From contig CAYLXB010000003.1 in assembly GCA_964387495.1 (NCBI GenBank), positions 6,914 to 70,913 of the forward strand: DNA of 64,000 bases, given 5' to 3'. The notes beneath the pieces are model-generated. The model did not search any database. It was given only the letters and a program-made list of their open reading frames with translations, and had not been told where the DNA came from. The translations under genes and the position numbers were made by a program. Below, in pieces: positions 47,929-56,368 of this stretch. This stretch comes from an uncultured Anaerolineaceae bacterium (GTDB taxonomy: Bacteria > Chloroflexota > Anaerolineae > Anaerolineales > Villigracilaceae). Within the stretch, counting starts at the first letter, position 1; each line of letters starts with the position of its first letter.

Positions 47929-48777
47929 ATGGTTCAAATTGTTGCAGATACAACGTCCGGCCTGCCTCGGGAGCTGTTGGAAAAACGCGGCATCCCGTTG
48001 ATCCCTCAGGTGGTCATTTTTGGCGAGCAATCCTACCTGGATGACAAAGAACTGGATACGGCCGCGTTCCTGTCCAAGCTGAAGGCCTCCGCTATCCTGC
48101 CGAAGACGGCTGCACCGCCCACGCACCTGTACGGGCCCATTTTCGAAGCCGCCCGGAAGAAAGGCGAGAGCGTGGTGGTAGTGGCACCCTCCGGCAAGGT
48201 CAGTGGGACCGTGCGCTCGGCGGAAGTGGCCGCCCAGGATTTCCCCGGCTTGGATGTCCATGTGGTGGATACACAATCCATTGCCGGCGGACTGGGGACG
48301 TTCGTCCTGCTGGCGGACGATTGGGCGAAGCAGGGTGCGGATGCGAAGACCATCGTCCGGCGCCTGAATGAATTGATCCCGCAGCACCGCACTTATTTCC
48401 TGGTGGACACGCTGGAATATCTGGCCAAAGGCGGGCGCATCGGCGGGGCCAAAGCCCTGCTGGGAGAACTCCTGCAGGTCAAGCCCATCCTGACGGTCCG
48501 GGGCGGGCAGGTGGAGGCGTTCGAACAGCAGCGCACCAAGAAGCGCGCCCTGGCACGCTTGGCGGAGATCATCAGTGAGCAGAGCATCAAAGGCCCCGAT
48601 GCGCACATCTGTGTGATGCAGGTGGAAGCCATGCAATCCGCCCAGGAACTGGCTGCCAGCCTGCAGGCCAACCTGAAGGTGGCGGATATCCCCATCTACC
48701 AGTTGCCGCCCGCCATTGTTGTCCATGCCGGGCCGGGGTGCCTGGCCATCGGCTTCTTCGCGGCTGCTATGGTATAA
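47929..48777 (+). CDS. DegV-family fatty-acid-binding protein
   Basis: An RBS (GGAGGacaaaATG) precedes the start. The product carries the DegV motifs IVADTTSGLP...SGTVRSAEVAA. Confidence 0.85.
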   Translation: MVQIVADTTSGLPRELLEKRGIPLIPQVVIFGEQSYLDDKELDTAAFLSKLKASAILPKTAAPPTHLYGPIFEAARKKGESVVVVAPSGKVSGTVRSAEVAAQDFPGLDVHVVDTQSIAGGLGTFVLLADDWAKQGADAKTIVRRLNELIPQHRTYFLVDTLEYLAKGGRIGGAKALLGELLQVKPILTVRGGQVEAFEQQRTKKRALARLAEIISEQSIKGPDAHICVMQVEAMQSAQELAASLQANLKVADIPIYQLPPAIVVHAGPGCLAIGFFAAAMV

Positions 48778-48833
48778 TTGATGGGCAATTAAGCGAATTC
48801 CCACGAATGTGGTTTCATTGAAGGAGAACGTCT

Positions 48834-49589
48834 ATGTCTGGACACAGCCATTGGGCAACCATCCGCCGCAAAAAGGGTGCGGCTGACGCCAAGAAAGGGG
48901 CCATTTTTACCCGCCTGGCGCGTGAAATCGTCATGGCGGCACGCGACGGCGGCGGTGACGTAGGAACGAACGTGCGCCTGCAGCTGGCGATCGACCGTGC
49001 CCGCGCCCAGAATATGCCCAAAGATAATATCGAACGTGCCATCCGGCGCGGCACCGGTGAGGATAAGGAAGCCTCCGCCTTCGAGGAATTCAGCCTGGAA
49101 GGTTACGGTCCGCACGGCTCGGCCATCATGGTGGACTGCGTGACCGACAACCGCAACCGGACGGTGGCCGAACTGCGCCATGCTTTCAGCCGCAACGGCG
49201 GCAACATGGCCGAGGCCGGGGCTGTGGGCTGGCAGTTTGAACGCAAGTCATACTTTTCGTTCCCGGCCAGCCAGTTGTCCTATGACAAGGCTTTTGAACT
49301 GGCCATCGAGGCCGGCGCGGATGATGTGCAGGGCGATGAAGAGGAAGTCGAAATCATTGGCCCGGTGGAAGCCTTCAAGACCATCGGCGATAAACTGCAT
49401 GTTGCCAAAGTCCAGCCGGAGGAAGCCGGGCTGCGCCTGATCCCCAAGCAGGAGATGGAATTGAACGTGGAAGAGACCCTGCAGGTGCTGCGGCTGGTGG
49501 AAAAGATCGAAGAACTGGATGATGTCCAGGATGTGTTCCACAACCTGAAGATCTCCGACGAAGCGCTGGCTGCGCTTGAGGCTGAATAA
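48834..49589 (+). CDS. yebC: YebC/PmpR-family transcriptional regulator
   Basis: The product starts MSGHSHWATIRRKKGAADAKKG and shows full-length YebC homology. Confidence 0.9.
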   Translation: MSGHSHWATIRRKKGAADAKKGAIFTRLAREIVMAARDGGGDVGTNVRLQLAIDRARAQNMPKDNIERAIRRGTGEDKEASAFEEFSLEGYGPHGSAIMVDCVTDNRNRTVAELRHAFSRNGGNMAEAGAVGWQFERKSYFSFPASQLSYDKAFELAIEAGADDVQGDEEEVEIIGPVEAFKTIGDKLHVAKVQPEEAGLRLIPKQEMELNVEETLQVLRLVEKIEELDDVQDVFHNLKISDEALAALEAE

Positions 49590-49623
49590 ACCCGATAGGG
49601 GCGACCGGACTGGTCGCCCCTAG

Positions 49624-50112
49624 ATGATTCTTATGACCCTGGCGCTTGGCATCGATCCTGGAACGGCCACCACCGGCTATGGACTGGTGAAGATTCATAC
49701 GGATGGTGCGCTGGAATCGGTCGCGTTTGGCATCCTCAGCACGCCCAAAGACCTGCCGGCGGCAGAGCGCCTGGTCCTGCTCTACAAACAACTGCAGGAG
49801 GTCATTACACTCCACCGGCCGGAAACTGCGGCGGTGGAGAAGCTGTTCTTTCAGCGCAACATCACCACGGCCCTTGCGGTCGGGCAGGCGCGCGGGGTGG
49901 TGCTGCTGGCGCTGGCCCAGGCCGGGCTGGAGGTCTACGAATACACGCCGAATGAGGTCAAGCAGGCGGTCGCCGGGTATGGCTCGGCGGAAAAGCGCCA
50001 GGTGCAGGAGATGGTGCGCGTGCTGCTGGCCCTGCCCGATATCCCGCGTCCGGATGACGCCGCGGATGCGCTGGCGATCGCCATCACCCATTTGAATACG
50101 AAACGGTATTAA
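49624..50112 (+). CDS. ruvC: Crossover junction endodeoxyribonuclease RuvC
   Basis: The product begins LGIDPGTATTGYG and carries the catalytic D/E residues, including the DAADALAIAITH motif. Confidence 0.9.
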   Translation: MILMTLALGIDPGTATTGYGLVKIHTDGALESVAFGILSTPKDLPAAERLVLLYKQLQEVITLHRPETAAVEKLFFQRNITTALAVGQARGVVLLALAQAGLEVYEYTPNEVKQAVAGYGSAEKRQVQEMVRVLLALPDIPRPDDAADALAIAITHLNTKRY

Positions 50113-50189
50113 TTCACCGGAGATGAACGGGGATAAACAGGATAAAATAAAAGGGTTCATCTGCATTTATCCATGAATAAGGATTTCTC

Positions 50190-50765
50190 ATGATTGCTAC
50201 GCTGCGTGGTGAAATCACTCAAATCGAAGACAATGCCCTCATCCTGGAAGTTGGCGGGGTGGGGCTGCGCGTCTTCGTCCCGGCGCCCCTGCGCGGGCGC
50301 CTGAAGGTTGGCGAAGCGGCCTTCCTGTATACCTACCTGGTCGTGCGCGAAGACGCCCTGGTGCTGTACGGGTTCGAGACCCAGGCAGACCGCGACCTTT
50401 TCACCCTGCTGCTGGGGGTGGATGGGGTGGGCCCCAAGTCGGCGCTTTCGGTGCTTTCCACCCTGAGCCTGGATGCGGTGCAGCGGGCCGTCTTCTCCGA
50501 AGAGGCCGACCTGCTCGGGCGCGTGCCGGGGGTGGGCAAGAAGACTGCCCAGAAGATCGTGCTCTACCTGCACGACCGTCTCAAGCCGCTGAGCGGGCTG
50601 GAGAAGCTCTCGGCCATGTCGGATGTGGACAGCGAGGTGCTGGCCGCCCTGACCACGCTGGGCTACTCGGTGGTCGAGGCGCAGACTGCCATCCAGGCCA
50701 TCCCCAAGGATGCGCCCGAGGATGTGGAGGCACGGTTGCGGCTGGCGCTGGGGTATTTCCAATAA
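50190..50765 (+). CDS. ruvA: Holliday junction DNA helicase subunit RuvA
   Basis: The product begins MIATLRGEI and carries HhH motifs (GVGPKSA, VPGVGKKTAQKI). Confidence 0.9.
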   Translation: MIATLRGEITQIEDNALILEVGGVGLRVFVPAPLRGRLKVGEAAFLYTYLVVREDALVLYGFETQADRDLFTLLLGVDGVGPKSALSVLSTLSLDAVQRAVFSEEADLLGRVPGVGKKTAQKIVLYLHDRLKPLSGLEKLSAMSDVDSEVLAALTTLGYSVVEAQTAIQAIPKDAPEDVEARLRLALGYFQ

Positions 50766-50816
50766 ACATTGGGTTGGGCAACCAGGTATGCTTTGCGGCT
50801 GAAAGCGAGGAATGCC

Positions 50817-51059
50817 ATGGAATACGACAGAGACAAAGTGGACGAAATGGTACTGGCACTTCTCTATCTGACCAGTTCGCGCGATCAATTCAACGTCACC
50901 AGGGCCTGGAAAGGGCTGGAATGGGGGACGCTGAACAGGCTGTACGAAAAAGGGTATCTTAAAGATCAAAACCAAAAACTTCCGACCGTGGTCCTGACCG
51001 AAGAGGGGGCAAGGCTTTCGAAAGAGTTGTTTTTCGAATATTTCGAAGCCAAAGAATAA
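50817..51059 (+). CDS. Small hypothetical protein (80 aa, possibly winged-helix)
   Basis: An RBS (GAGGAAtgccATG) precedes the start. The sequence is MEYDRDKVDEMVLALLYLTS...LTEEG. The ORF is open from 50769. Confidence 0.4.
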   Translation: MEYDRDKVDEMVLALLYLTSSRDQFNVTRAWKGLEWGTLNRLYEKGYLKDQNQKLPTVVLTEEGARLSKELFFEYFEAKE

Positions 51060-51107
51060 AGCCGCCCCGGGAGCGCAGCCTGCACCGGACTTTCCGGGGG
51101 AAATGGG

Positions 51108-52019
51108 TTATTTGTAATGTCTGGCAATCTCCGACGCATACCTCGTGCCGACTGTCTCCCTGTTCGTGTTCAGCCAATCTGCAAGCCGTGTCCTGCCGCG
51201 CGGCGTTTGGGGGGATACCAGCAATCCGGCCATCAGGCCGTCCACTTCTTCCCGGGTCAGTATCACATCACGGACGAACAGGCTGATGAAATGCGCCGCG
51301 GCCAGCGCCAGCGCGGGTGAAACGTGCAGAATGGGACGCGGCCGCCCGATACATTGGCCAATCAGCTGCACCAGCTCATCGAAGGTGAAGATATCCGGCC
51401 CGGTCACATCGGTGATCAGGTTTTTATGGGCATACACCTGTGCGCATGCCAGTTCTGCCAGGTCATCCACATATACCGGCTGGAGTTTGTATCGTCCGTC
51501 ACCAACCTGGGCAAAGAAGGGGAAGCGCCGCAGCAACCAGGCGATGTTGTTGATCAGGATATCCTCCTGGCCGAACAGCACCGTTGGGCGCAGGATGGCA
51601 TAGCCCAGGCCGCTCTCGATCACTGCTCTTTCGTTGGCAGCCTTGCCCCGGAAATAAGGCAGGTGTGAATCCGCCGAGGGGTTGGTAATGCTGACATGCA
51701 CGATGCGGCGCACGCCGGCCTGTCTGGCGGCTTCCACGAGTTTGAGAGTGTTTTCCACAGCCAGCGGTTGGGTGTTGGCCCCCCGATCGAAGCGCACCCA
51801 ATACGTGTTGACCAGGACCTCCACACCGTTTAAGTTGTTCACCATCTCCTTCATATTCTCGAAATCGAGTGGATAGGCCTGCACCTGTCCGCCGAACGGA
51901 TCTGGACGGTTGGGATGCCCTGTCAGTGTAATGATGGTTTCACCCTGTTCCAATAAGCGGCGGGCAATGTATTTGCCCGAATAACTGAATGCACCGGTCA
52001 CGGCGATATGCATGCTCAC
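51108..52019 (-). CDS. NAD(P)H-binding atypical SDR / NmrA-like oxidoreductase
   Basis: The product has an N-terminal Rossmann motif (VTGAFSYSGKYIARRLL) and an NDUFA9/NmrA-like body. Confidence 0.7.
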   Translation of the reverse strand: MSMHIAVTGAFSYSGKYIARRLLEQGETIITLTGHPNRPDPFGGQVQAYPLDFENMKEMVNNLNGVEVLVNTYWVRFDRGANTQPLAVENTLKLVEAARQAGVRRIVHVSITNPSADSHLPYFRGKAANERAVIESGLGYAILRPTVLFGQEDILINNIAWLLRRFPFFAQVGDGRYKLQPVYVDDLAELACAQVYAHKNLITDVTGPDIFTFDELVQLIGQCIGRPRPILHVSPALALAAAHFISLFVRDVILTREEVDGLMAGLLVSPQTPRGRTRLADWLNTNRETVGTRYASEIARHYK

Positions 52020-52086
52020 CTCCGAAAATTTGCAACATTAAAGAAACCAGCGGCTCGCGCCCTGGCATGAAACACAAGCTGATCGT

Positions 52087-52611
52087 TTACTTCAAGATCT
52101 TCAGGACCGTCTGGACTGTATTCAATCCCAGGCTGTCGAGCCGGGCAACGGCGCTGACCAGGGAGTCGATGGCGTCGAAGAACTGTTTCAGCGCCTGGAT
52201 GCGCTCGATGAGGAAAGCCCGTTCGGGGTCGGAGCCGGATCCTGTTTCCAGTTTCTCCAGTGTGGTGCGTACCGCCGCAACCGCCCGGTCGAAATCGCTG
52301 TTCTGGCGTTCCTTCAAGATGGCGCGTACAGCGCGGTAGAAGTCGGTTTCAGCCGAATAGTAATCCTTGCGGTCACCGAGCCTGGATGATAAATGTACCA
52401 GTCCAAGGCGCGCCAGGGCGCGTACATTGGTGCTGATGGCACCCTTGGTCAGCCCGGTCTGCAGGACAAGTTCGTCCAGTGGAACCGGGGTGGGGGAAAG
52501 ATAGAGCACCGCAAAAATGGCGCCCATTCCTTTGGGAAAGCCCCAGAACTGGCTGATGCTGCTCAGCCCCTCGATAAAATCCTGCTTGATGGTGGAAAGG
52601 TCTGTGTTCAT
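52087..52611 (-). CDS. GbsR/MarR-family transcriptional regulator
   Basis: The product has a winged HTH (PVPLDELVLQTGLTKGAISTNVRALARLGLV). The gene is directly upstream of, and co-oriented with, the oxidoreductase gene. Confidence 0.65.
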   Translation of the reverse strand: MNTDLSTIKQDFIEGLSSISQFWGFPKGMGAIFAVLYLSPTPVPLDELVLQTGLTKGAISTNVRALARLGLVHLSSRLGDRKDYYSAETDFYRAVRAILKERQNSDFDRAVAAVRTTLEKLETGSGSDPERAFLIERIQALKQFFDAIDSLVSAVARLDSLGLNTVQTVLKILK

Positions 52612-52629
52612 GGTTGATTGATTTAGAAC

Positions 52630-52647
52630 GTTTAGTAAATACTAAAC
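52630..52647. promoter_or_regulatory. Perfect 18-bp palindrome GTTTAGTA-AA-TACTAAAC, candidate operator
   Basis: It lies 19 nt upstream of the regulator start on the minus strand, in an AT-rich region, with an additional TTTAGAAC half-site next to it. Confidence 0.5.
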
Positions 52648-52951
52648 AAATTATACAATCATTGTCCATGCCTGTCAAGATGTTTTCTGCCTGCTGTGAT
52701 AATGAAACGATAACCCGGATCTTCTCCCGTTGAAGGAAGCCATGAGGAGAGATTTTGATAGGAATCCGGTTTGCCATCTGCCCCATTTTGTGGAATAATC
52801 AGCACTGTCGCACGTATCGCAGCCCCGGCGGGCATTGCGAACGTGACGGCGAATTTCAAACACTGTCGAAGGCTCGTCCGGATGGCGGAACAAGCCGGGG
52901 GGAGTACGCTCCGCAGGGTCCGGCCCGGCCCCTACCTTTTTGGAGGGTACC

Positions 52952-53836
52952 TTGTCTACGATCCCATCTGTTCCTGCCTCTGCGCCTGCGCGCAAAAAGG
53001 TGACCACGCTCGCCCTGCGCGAGAAAAAGTCGCGTCACGAGGTCGTGACCATGTTGACCGCCTATGACTACCCCACTGCCCTGGCCATGGACCAGAGCGG
53101 GGTGGACGCCATCCTGGTGGGCGATTCGCTGGGCATGGTCGTACTGGGGTATGAAAATACCCTGCCCGTCACGATGGAGGAGATGCTCCATCATTGCCGG
53201 GCCGTGGCGCGCGGCGCAAAATATGCCCTGCTGGTGGGCGATATGCCGTTCATGTCATACCAGGTCTCGGTGGAGGAGGCCGTGCGCAATGCCGGGCGCT
53301 TCCTGCAGCAGGGCGGCATGGATGCCGTCAAACTGGAGGGCGGCCGCGAGCGGTTGGATGCGGTGCGCGCCATCACCGGCGCGGGCATTCCCGTGATGGG
53401 TCACCTGGGCCTCACGCCGCAGTCGGTGCATGCCCTGGGCGGCTTTCGCCCGCAGGGACGCAGCGCGGCGGCTGCCAGGCGCCTGCTGGAGGATGCGCTC
53501 CTGCTTGAGGAGGCGGGCATCTTCAGCCTGGTGCTGGAATCAGTCCCGGCCCGGCTGGCGAAATTCATCTCGGAGCGGTTGTCCGTGCCGGCCATCGGCA
53601 TCGGCGCCGGCCCCGGCTGCGACGGCCAGGTGCTGGTCACGCACGACCTGCTCGGCTTGTTCGAGCGCTTCACGCCCAAATTCGTCAAGAAATATGCCAA
53701 CCTGCATGCCGAGATGAAACGTGCTTTTGCCGAGTTCATGGCCGAGGTGCAGGCTGAGGCCTTCCCCGGGCCGGAACATTCGGTTGAAATGGCCGAGGCT
53801 GAGTGGCAGCAGTTTCTGAAAGAATCAGAAGGCTGA
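52952..53836 (+). CDS. panB: 3-methyl-2-oxobutanoate hydroxymethyltransferase
   Basis: The product has MLTAYDYPTA, ILVGDSLGMV and KLEGG motifs. The likely start is the TTG at 52952 after a GGAGGG RBS; the ORF is open from 52940. Confidence 0.85.
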   Translation: MSTIPSVPASAPARKKVTTLALREKKSRHEVVTMLTAYDYPTALAMDQSGVDAILVGDSLGMVVLGYENTLPVTMEEMLHHCRAVARGAKYALLVGDMPFMSYQVSVEEAVRNAGRFLQQGGMDAVKLEGGRERLDAVRAITGAGIPVMGHLGLTPQSVHALGGFRPQGRSAAAARRLLEDALLLEEAGIFSLVLESVPARLAKFISERLSVPAIGIGAGPGCDGQVLVTHDLLGLFERFTPKFVKKYANLHAEMKRAFAEFMAEVQAEAFPGPEHSVEMAEAEWQQFLKESEG

Positions 53837-53859
53837 CAGGAAGGAAGCGGGTTTCAGCC

Positions 53860-54765
53860 ATGGAAAACAAGATCCTGATTGTGGGCACCGGCGCGCTGGC
53901 CACGTTTTTTGCGGCGCGCCTGAGCAGCAGCGGGGCGGCGGTGGGCATGCTGGGTACCTGGCAGGCCGGGCTGGACTCCCTGCGCAGCGAAGGGGCGCGC
54001 CTGGTGGGTCCGGGCGGTGTGGAAGATGCTTTTCAGGTCCAGGTCAGTGACAGGCCCGAAGATTACCGCGGGGTCCGGCTGGCGCTGGTGCTTGTCAAAT
54101 CCTGGCAGACGGAACGCGCCGCGGCGCAGCTGGCGCGCTGCCTGGACCCGGATGGGGCCGCGATCACATTGCAGAACGGCCTGGGCAACCACGAGATCCT
54201 GGCCCGGGCCCTGGGTCTGCCGCGCGTGGCGCTGGGGGTGACCACCACCGGCGCGACCCTGCTCGGGCCCGGGCTGGTGCGGCCGGGAGGGGAGGGGGTT
54301 GTTTCATTGGAGAAACACCCCCGCCTGGTGCTGCTGGAGAAACTCCTGCGTCAGGCCGGGTTCAAGGTGCAGGTGGTGAACGATGCGCGCGGGCTGGCCT
54401 GGGGCAAAGTGGTCATCAACGCAGCCATCAATCCATTGACAGCGCTGCTGCGCGTCCCCAACGGTGCACTGCTGGAGCGCCCCGGCGCGCGCTGGCTGAT
54501 GTCCCATCTGGCAGGCGAGGCGGCCTCCGTCGCAGCTGCGGATGGAGTCCACCTTCCTTATGTTGATCCGGCCAACGCGGCGGCGGATGTGGCCCGCAAA
54601 ACTGCCGCCAATTATTCATCCATGCTGCAGGATATCCGCCGCGGAGCCCGGACGGAGATCGATGCCATCTGCGGGGCGGTGGTGCGTACCGGCGAACGGT
54701 ACGGCGTGGCCACTCCCTTCAACCGAACCTGCTGGCAGTTGATCCAGGCCTTGTCGCCCAACTAA
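53860..54765 (+). CDS. panE: 2-dehydropantoate 2-reductase
   Basis: The product has an N-terminal Rossmann fold (ILIVGTGALATFFAARL) and an ApbA C-terminal domain (NYSSMLQDIRRGARTEID). Confidence 0.8.
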   Translation: MENKILIVGTGALATFFAARLSSSGAAVGMLGTWQAGLDSLRSEGARLVGPGGVEDAFQVQVSDRPEDYRGVRLALVLVKSWQTERAAAQLARCLDPDGAAITLQNGLGNHEILARALGLPRVALGVTTTGATLLGPGLVRPGGEGVVSLEKHPRLVLLEKLLRQAGFKVQVVNDARGLAWGKVVINAAINPLTALLRVPNGALLERPGARWLMSHLAGEAASVAAADGVHLPYVDPANAAADVARKTAANYSSMLQDIRRGARTEIDAICGAVVRTGERYGVATPFNRTCWQLIQALSPN

Positions 54766-54809
54766 TCAATGGTAAGATTCCGTGATACTCGGAATCATGG
54801 AGGCTTCCA

Positions 54810-55700
54810 ATGCGGAAATGGCAGGCAACCTGGCTGCTGGTGGTGATTTTTCTGACTTTGCTGCTGCCGGTACCGTCACAGGCACAAAGCGGCATTCTCC
54901 TGGAGACTTTATCGGTTGAACTTCTGCCGGAGTACGATACTCCGCAAATGCTGGTAATCCAGAAATTCCGCCTGCCGGCAGATACCAGCCTGCCGGTCGA
55001 AGTGACCTTCCATATTCCTGCAGAAGCGCGCGTGAACGCGGTGGCGTATGAACAGGGCGGAAAACTCTATTATGCCCCCTCCAGTCTGCCGGAATTGGAG
55101 CAGGGAGCGCAATCCGTGCGCGTCATGGTGGAGCGGGCGCTTGAGTACCGCATCGAGTATTATGCGGCCCTGCAGCGCTCGGGGAAAAACCGCGAGTTTA
55201 CCTACCAGTGGGCCGGGGATTACGCCATCCGGCAGGCTTCCTTCAGCGTGACCCTGCCGGAAGATGCGGATGCGGTTGCCACCATTCCCTTCCTGGACCA
55301 ACAGGGCAACAAACTGCGCGGCGATTTTGCTTCCTTTGAGGCCGGAGATCCATTCACCGTAAAAGTCGAATACCAGCGCGACTCGGACGCTGTGCAGATC
55401 GAGGGGGACGATGTGGAACTGGCAGAACCACCCGGTAGCAACTTCCAGTGGTCGGAACGCATGCTTACCATCTGGCCCTGGGCGCTGGGAGTGGCAGGCG
55501 TAGCCCTGATCGTGGGAGGGGGACTGTATTACTGGCTCTCGGGGCGCAACAAGAAAACCACCCGTCCCGGGCACCGGGCAGCCAAACGGGATGCAGCTTC
55601 CGGCGGCGATGTCCACTGCCACCAGTGCGGCCGGCGTGCCAGCCCGGGGGACCGCTTCTGCCGCGACTGCGGGACGCGCCTGCGGCAGGAAAATCCCTAG
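54810..55700 (+). CDS. Hypothetical secreted/membrane protein with a C-terminal zinc ribbon
   Basis: The product has a signal peptide, a ~210 aa exported domain, a TM segment (ALGVAGVALIVGGGLYYWL) and a cytoplasmic CHQCG...DRFCRDCGT zinc ribbon. Confidence 0.5.
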   Translation: MRKWQATWLLVVIFLTLLLPVPSQAQSGILLETLSVELLPEYDTPQMLVIQKFRLPADTSLPVEVTFHIPAEARVNAVAYEQGGKLYYAPSSLPELEQGAQSVRVMVERALEYRIEYYAALQRSGKNREFTYQWAGDYAIRQASFSVTLPEDADAVATIPFLDQQGNKLRGDFASFEAGDPFTVKVEYQRDSDAVQIEGDDVELAEPPGSNFQWSERMLTIWPWALGVAGVALIVGGGLYYWLSGRNKKTTRPGHRAAKRDAASGGDVHCHQCGRRASPGDRFCRDCGTRLRQENP

Positions 55701-55832
55701 CAGGTACCCTCCCAATGGCTTTTCAAGCAGGGTAATCCGGACTTTCTCAGTCTGGATTAATGTGGGTATGTAAAATTAGTATTATCCCTGCAGGTTATGG
55801 CGAATATCTTTATCCTTGGCTGGAGGTAGTGA

Positions 55833-56306
55833 ATGCGACCAAAATTCATTGTGGGCGGCCTGCTCATCCTGGCAGTCGTGGTCTTCTTGATCGTTTCTTC
55901 CACGCAAGCCAACGCGGAATACTTCATGACGGTGGACGAATTGCAGGCCAAAGGCTCCAGTGTGATGGATAAGAACCTGCGTGTTTCAGGCGCAGTGATC
56001 GGCGATACGATCCAATATGACCCGCAAACGCTCACCCTGACCTTCGAGGTGGTGCACGTCACCGGTGATAACAATGAAATCGAGGCACAGGGCGGCCTGG
56101 CAGAGGTCCTGCACCAGGCCGTGACGGACCCCACCCGCAGCCGGCTCAAGGTCATGTACAACGGCGTCAAGCCTGACCTGTTGCGAAACGAAGCCCAGGC
56201 GATCATGACCGGCCGCATGGGGCCGGATGGGGTCTTCCATGCCGAAGAACTTCTGCTCAAGTGCCCGACCCGTTACGAAGAGGCACTGCCCGAGCAGGCT
56301 GGTTAG
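55833..56306 (+). CDS. ccmE: Cytochrome c-type biogenesis heme chaperone CcmE, CxxxY variant
   Basis: The product has a GGAGG RBS, an N-terminal TM anchor and an OB-fold body (LRVSGAVIGD...RLKVMYNG). The C-terminal LKCPTRYEE replaces the canonical HxxxY heme-binding motif. Confidence 0.8.
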   Translation: MRPKFIVGGLLILAVVVFLIVSSTQANAEYFMTVDELQAKGSSVMDKNLRVSGAVIGDTIQYDPQTLTLTFEVVHVTGDNNEIEAQGGLAEVLHQAVTDPTRSRLKVMYNGVKPDLLRNEAQAIMTGRMGPDGVFHAEELLLKCPTRYEEALPEQAG

Positions 56307-56368
56307 AAAACTCTCAGGTGACAGTGCTTATCGGGCTGTCACCTTTATGTTAAAGCACAGGAACCTGC

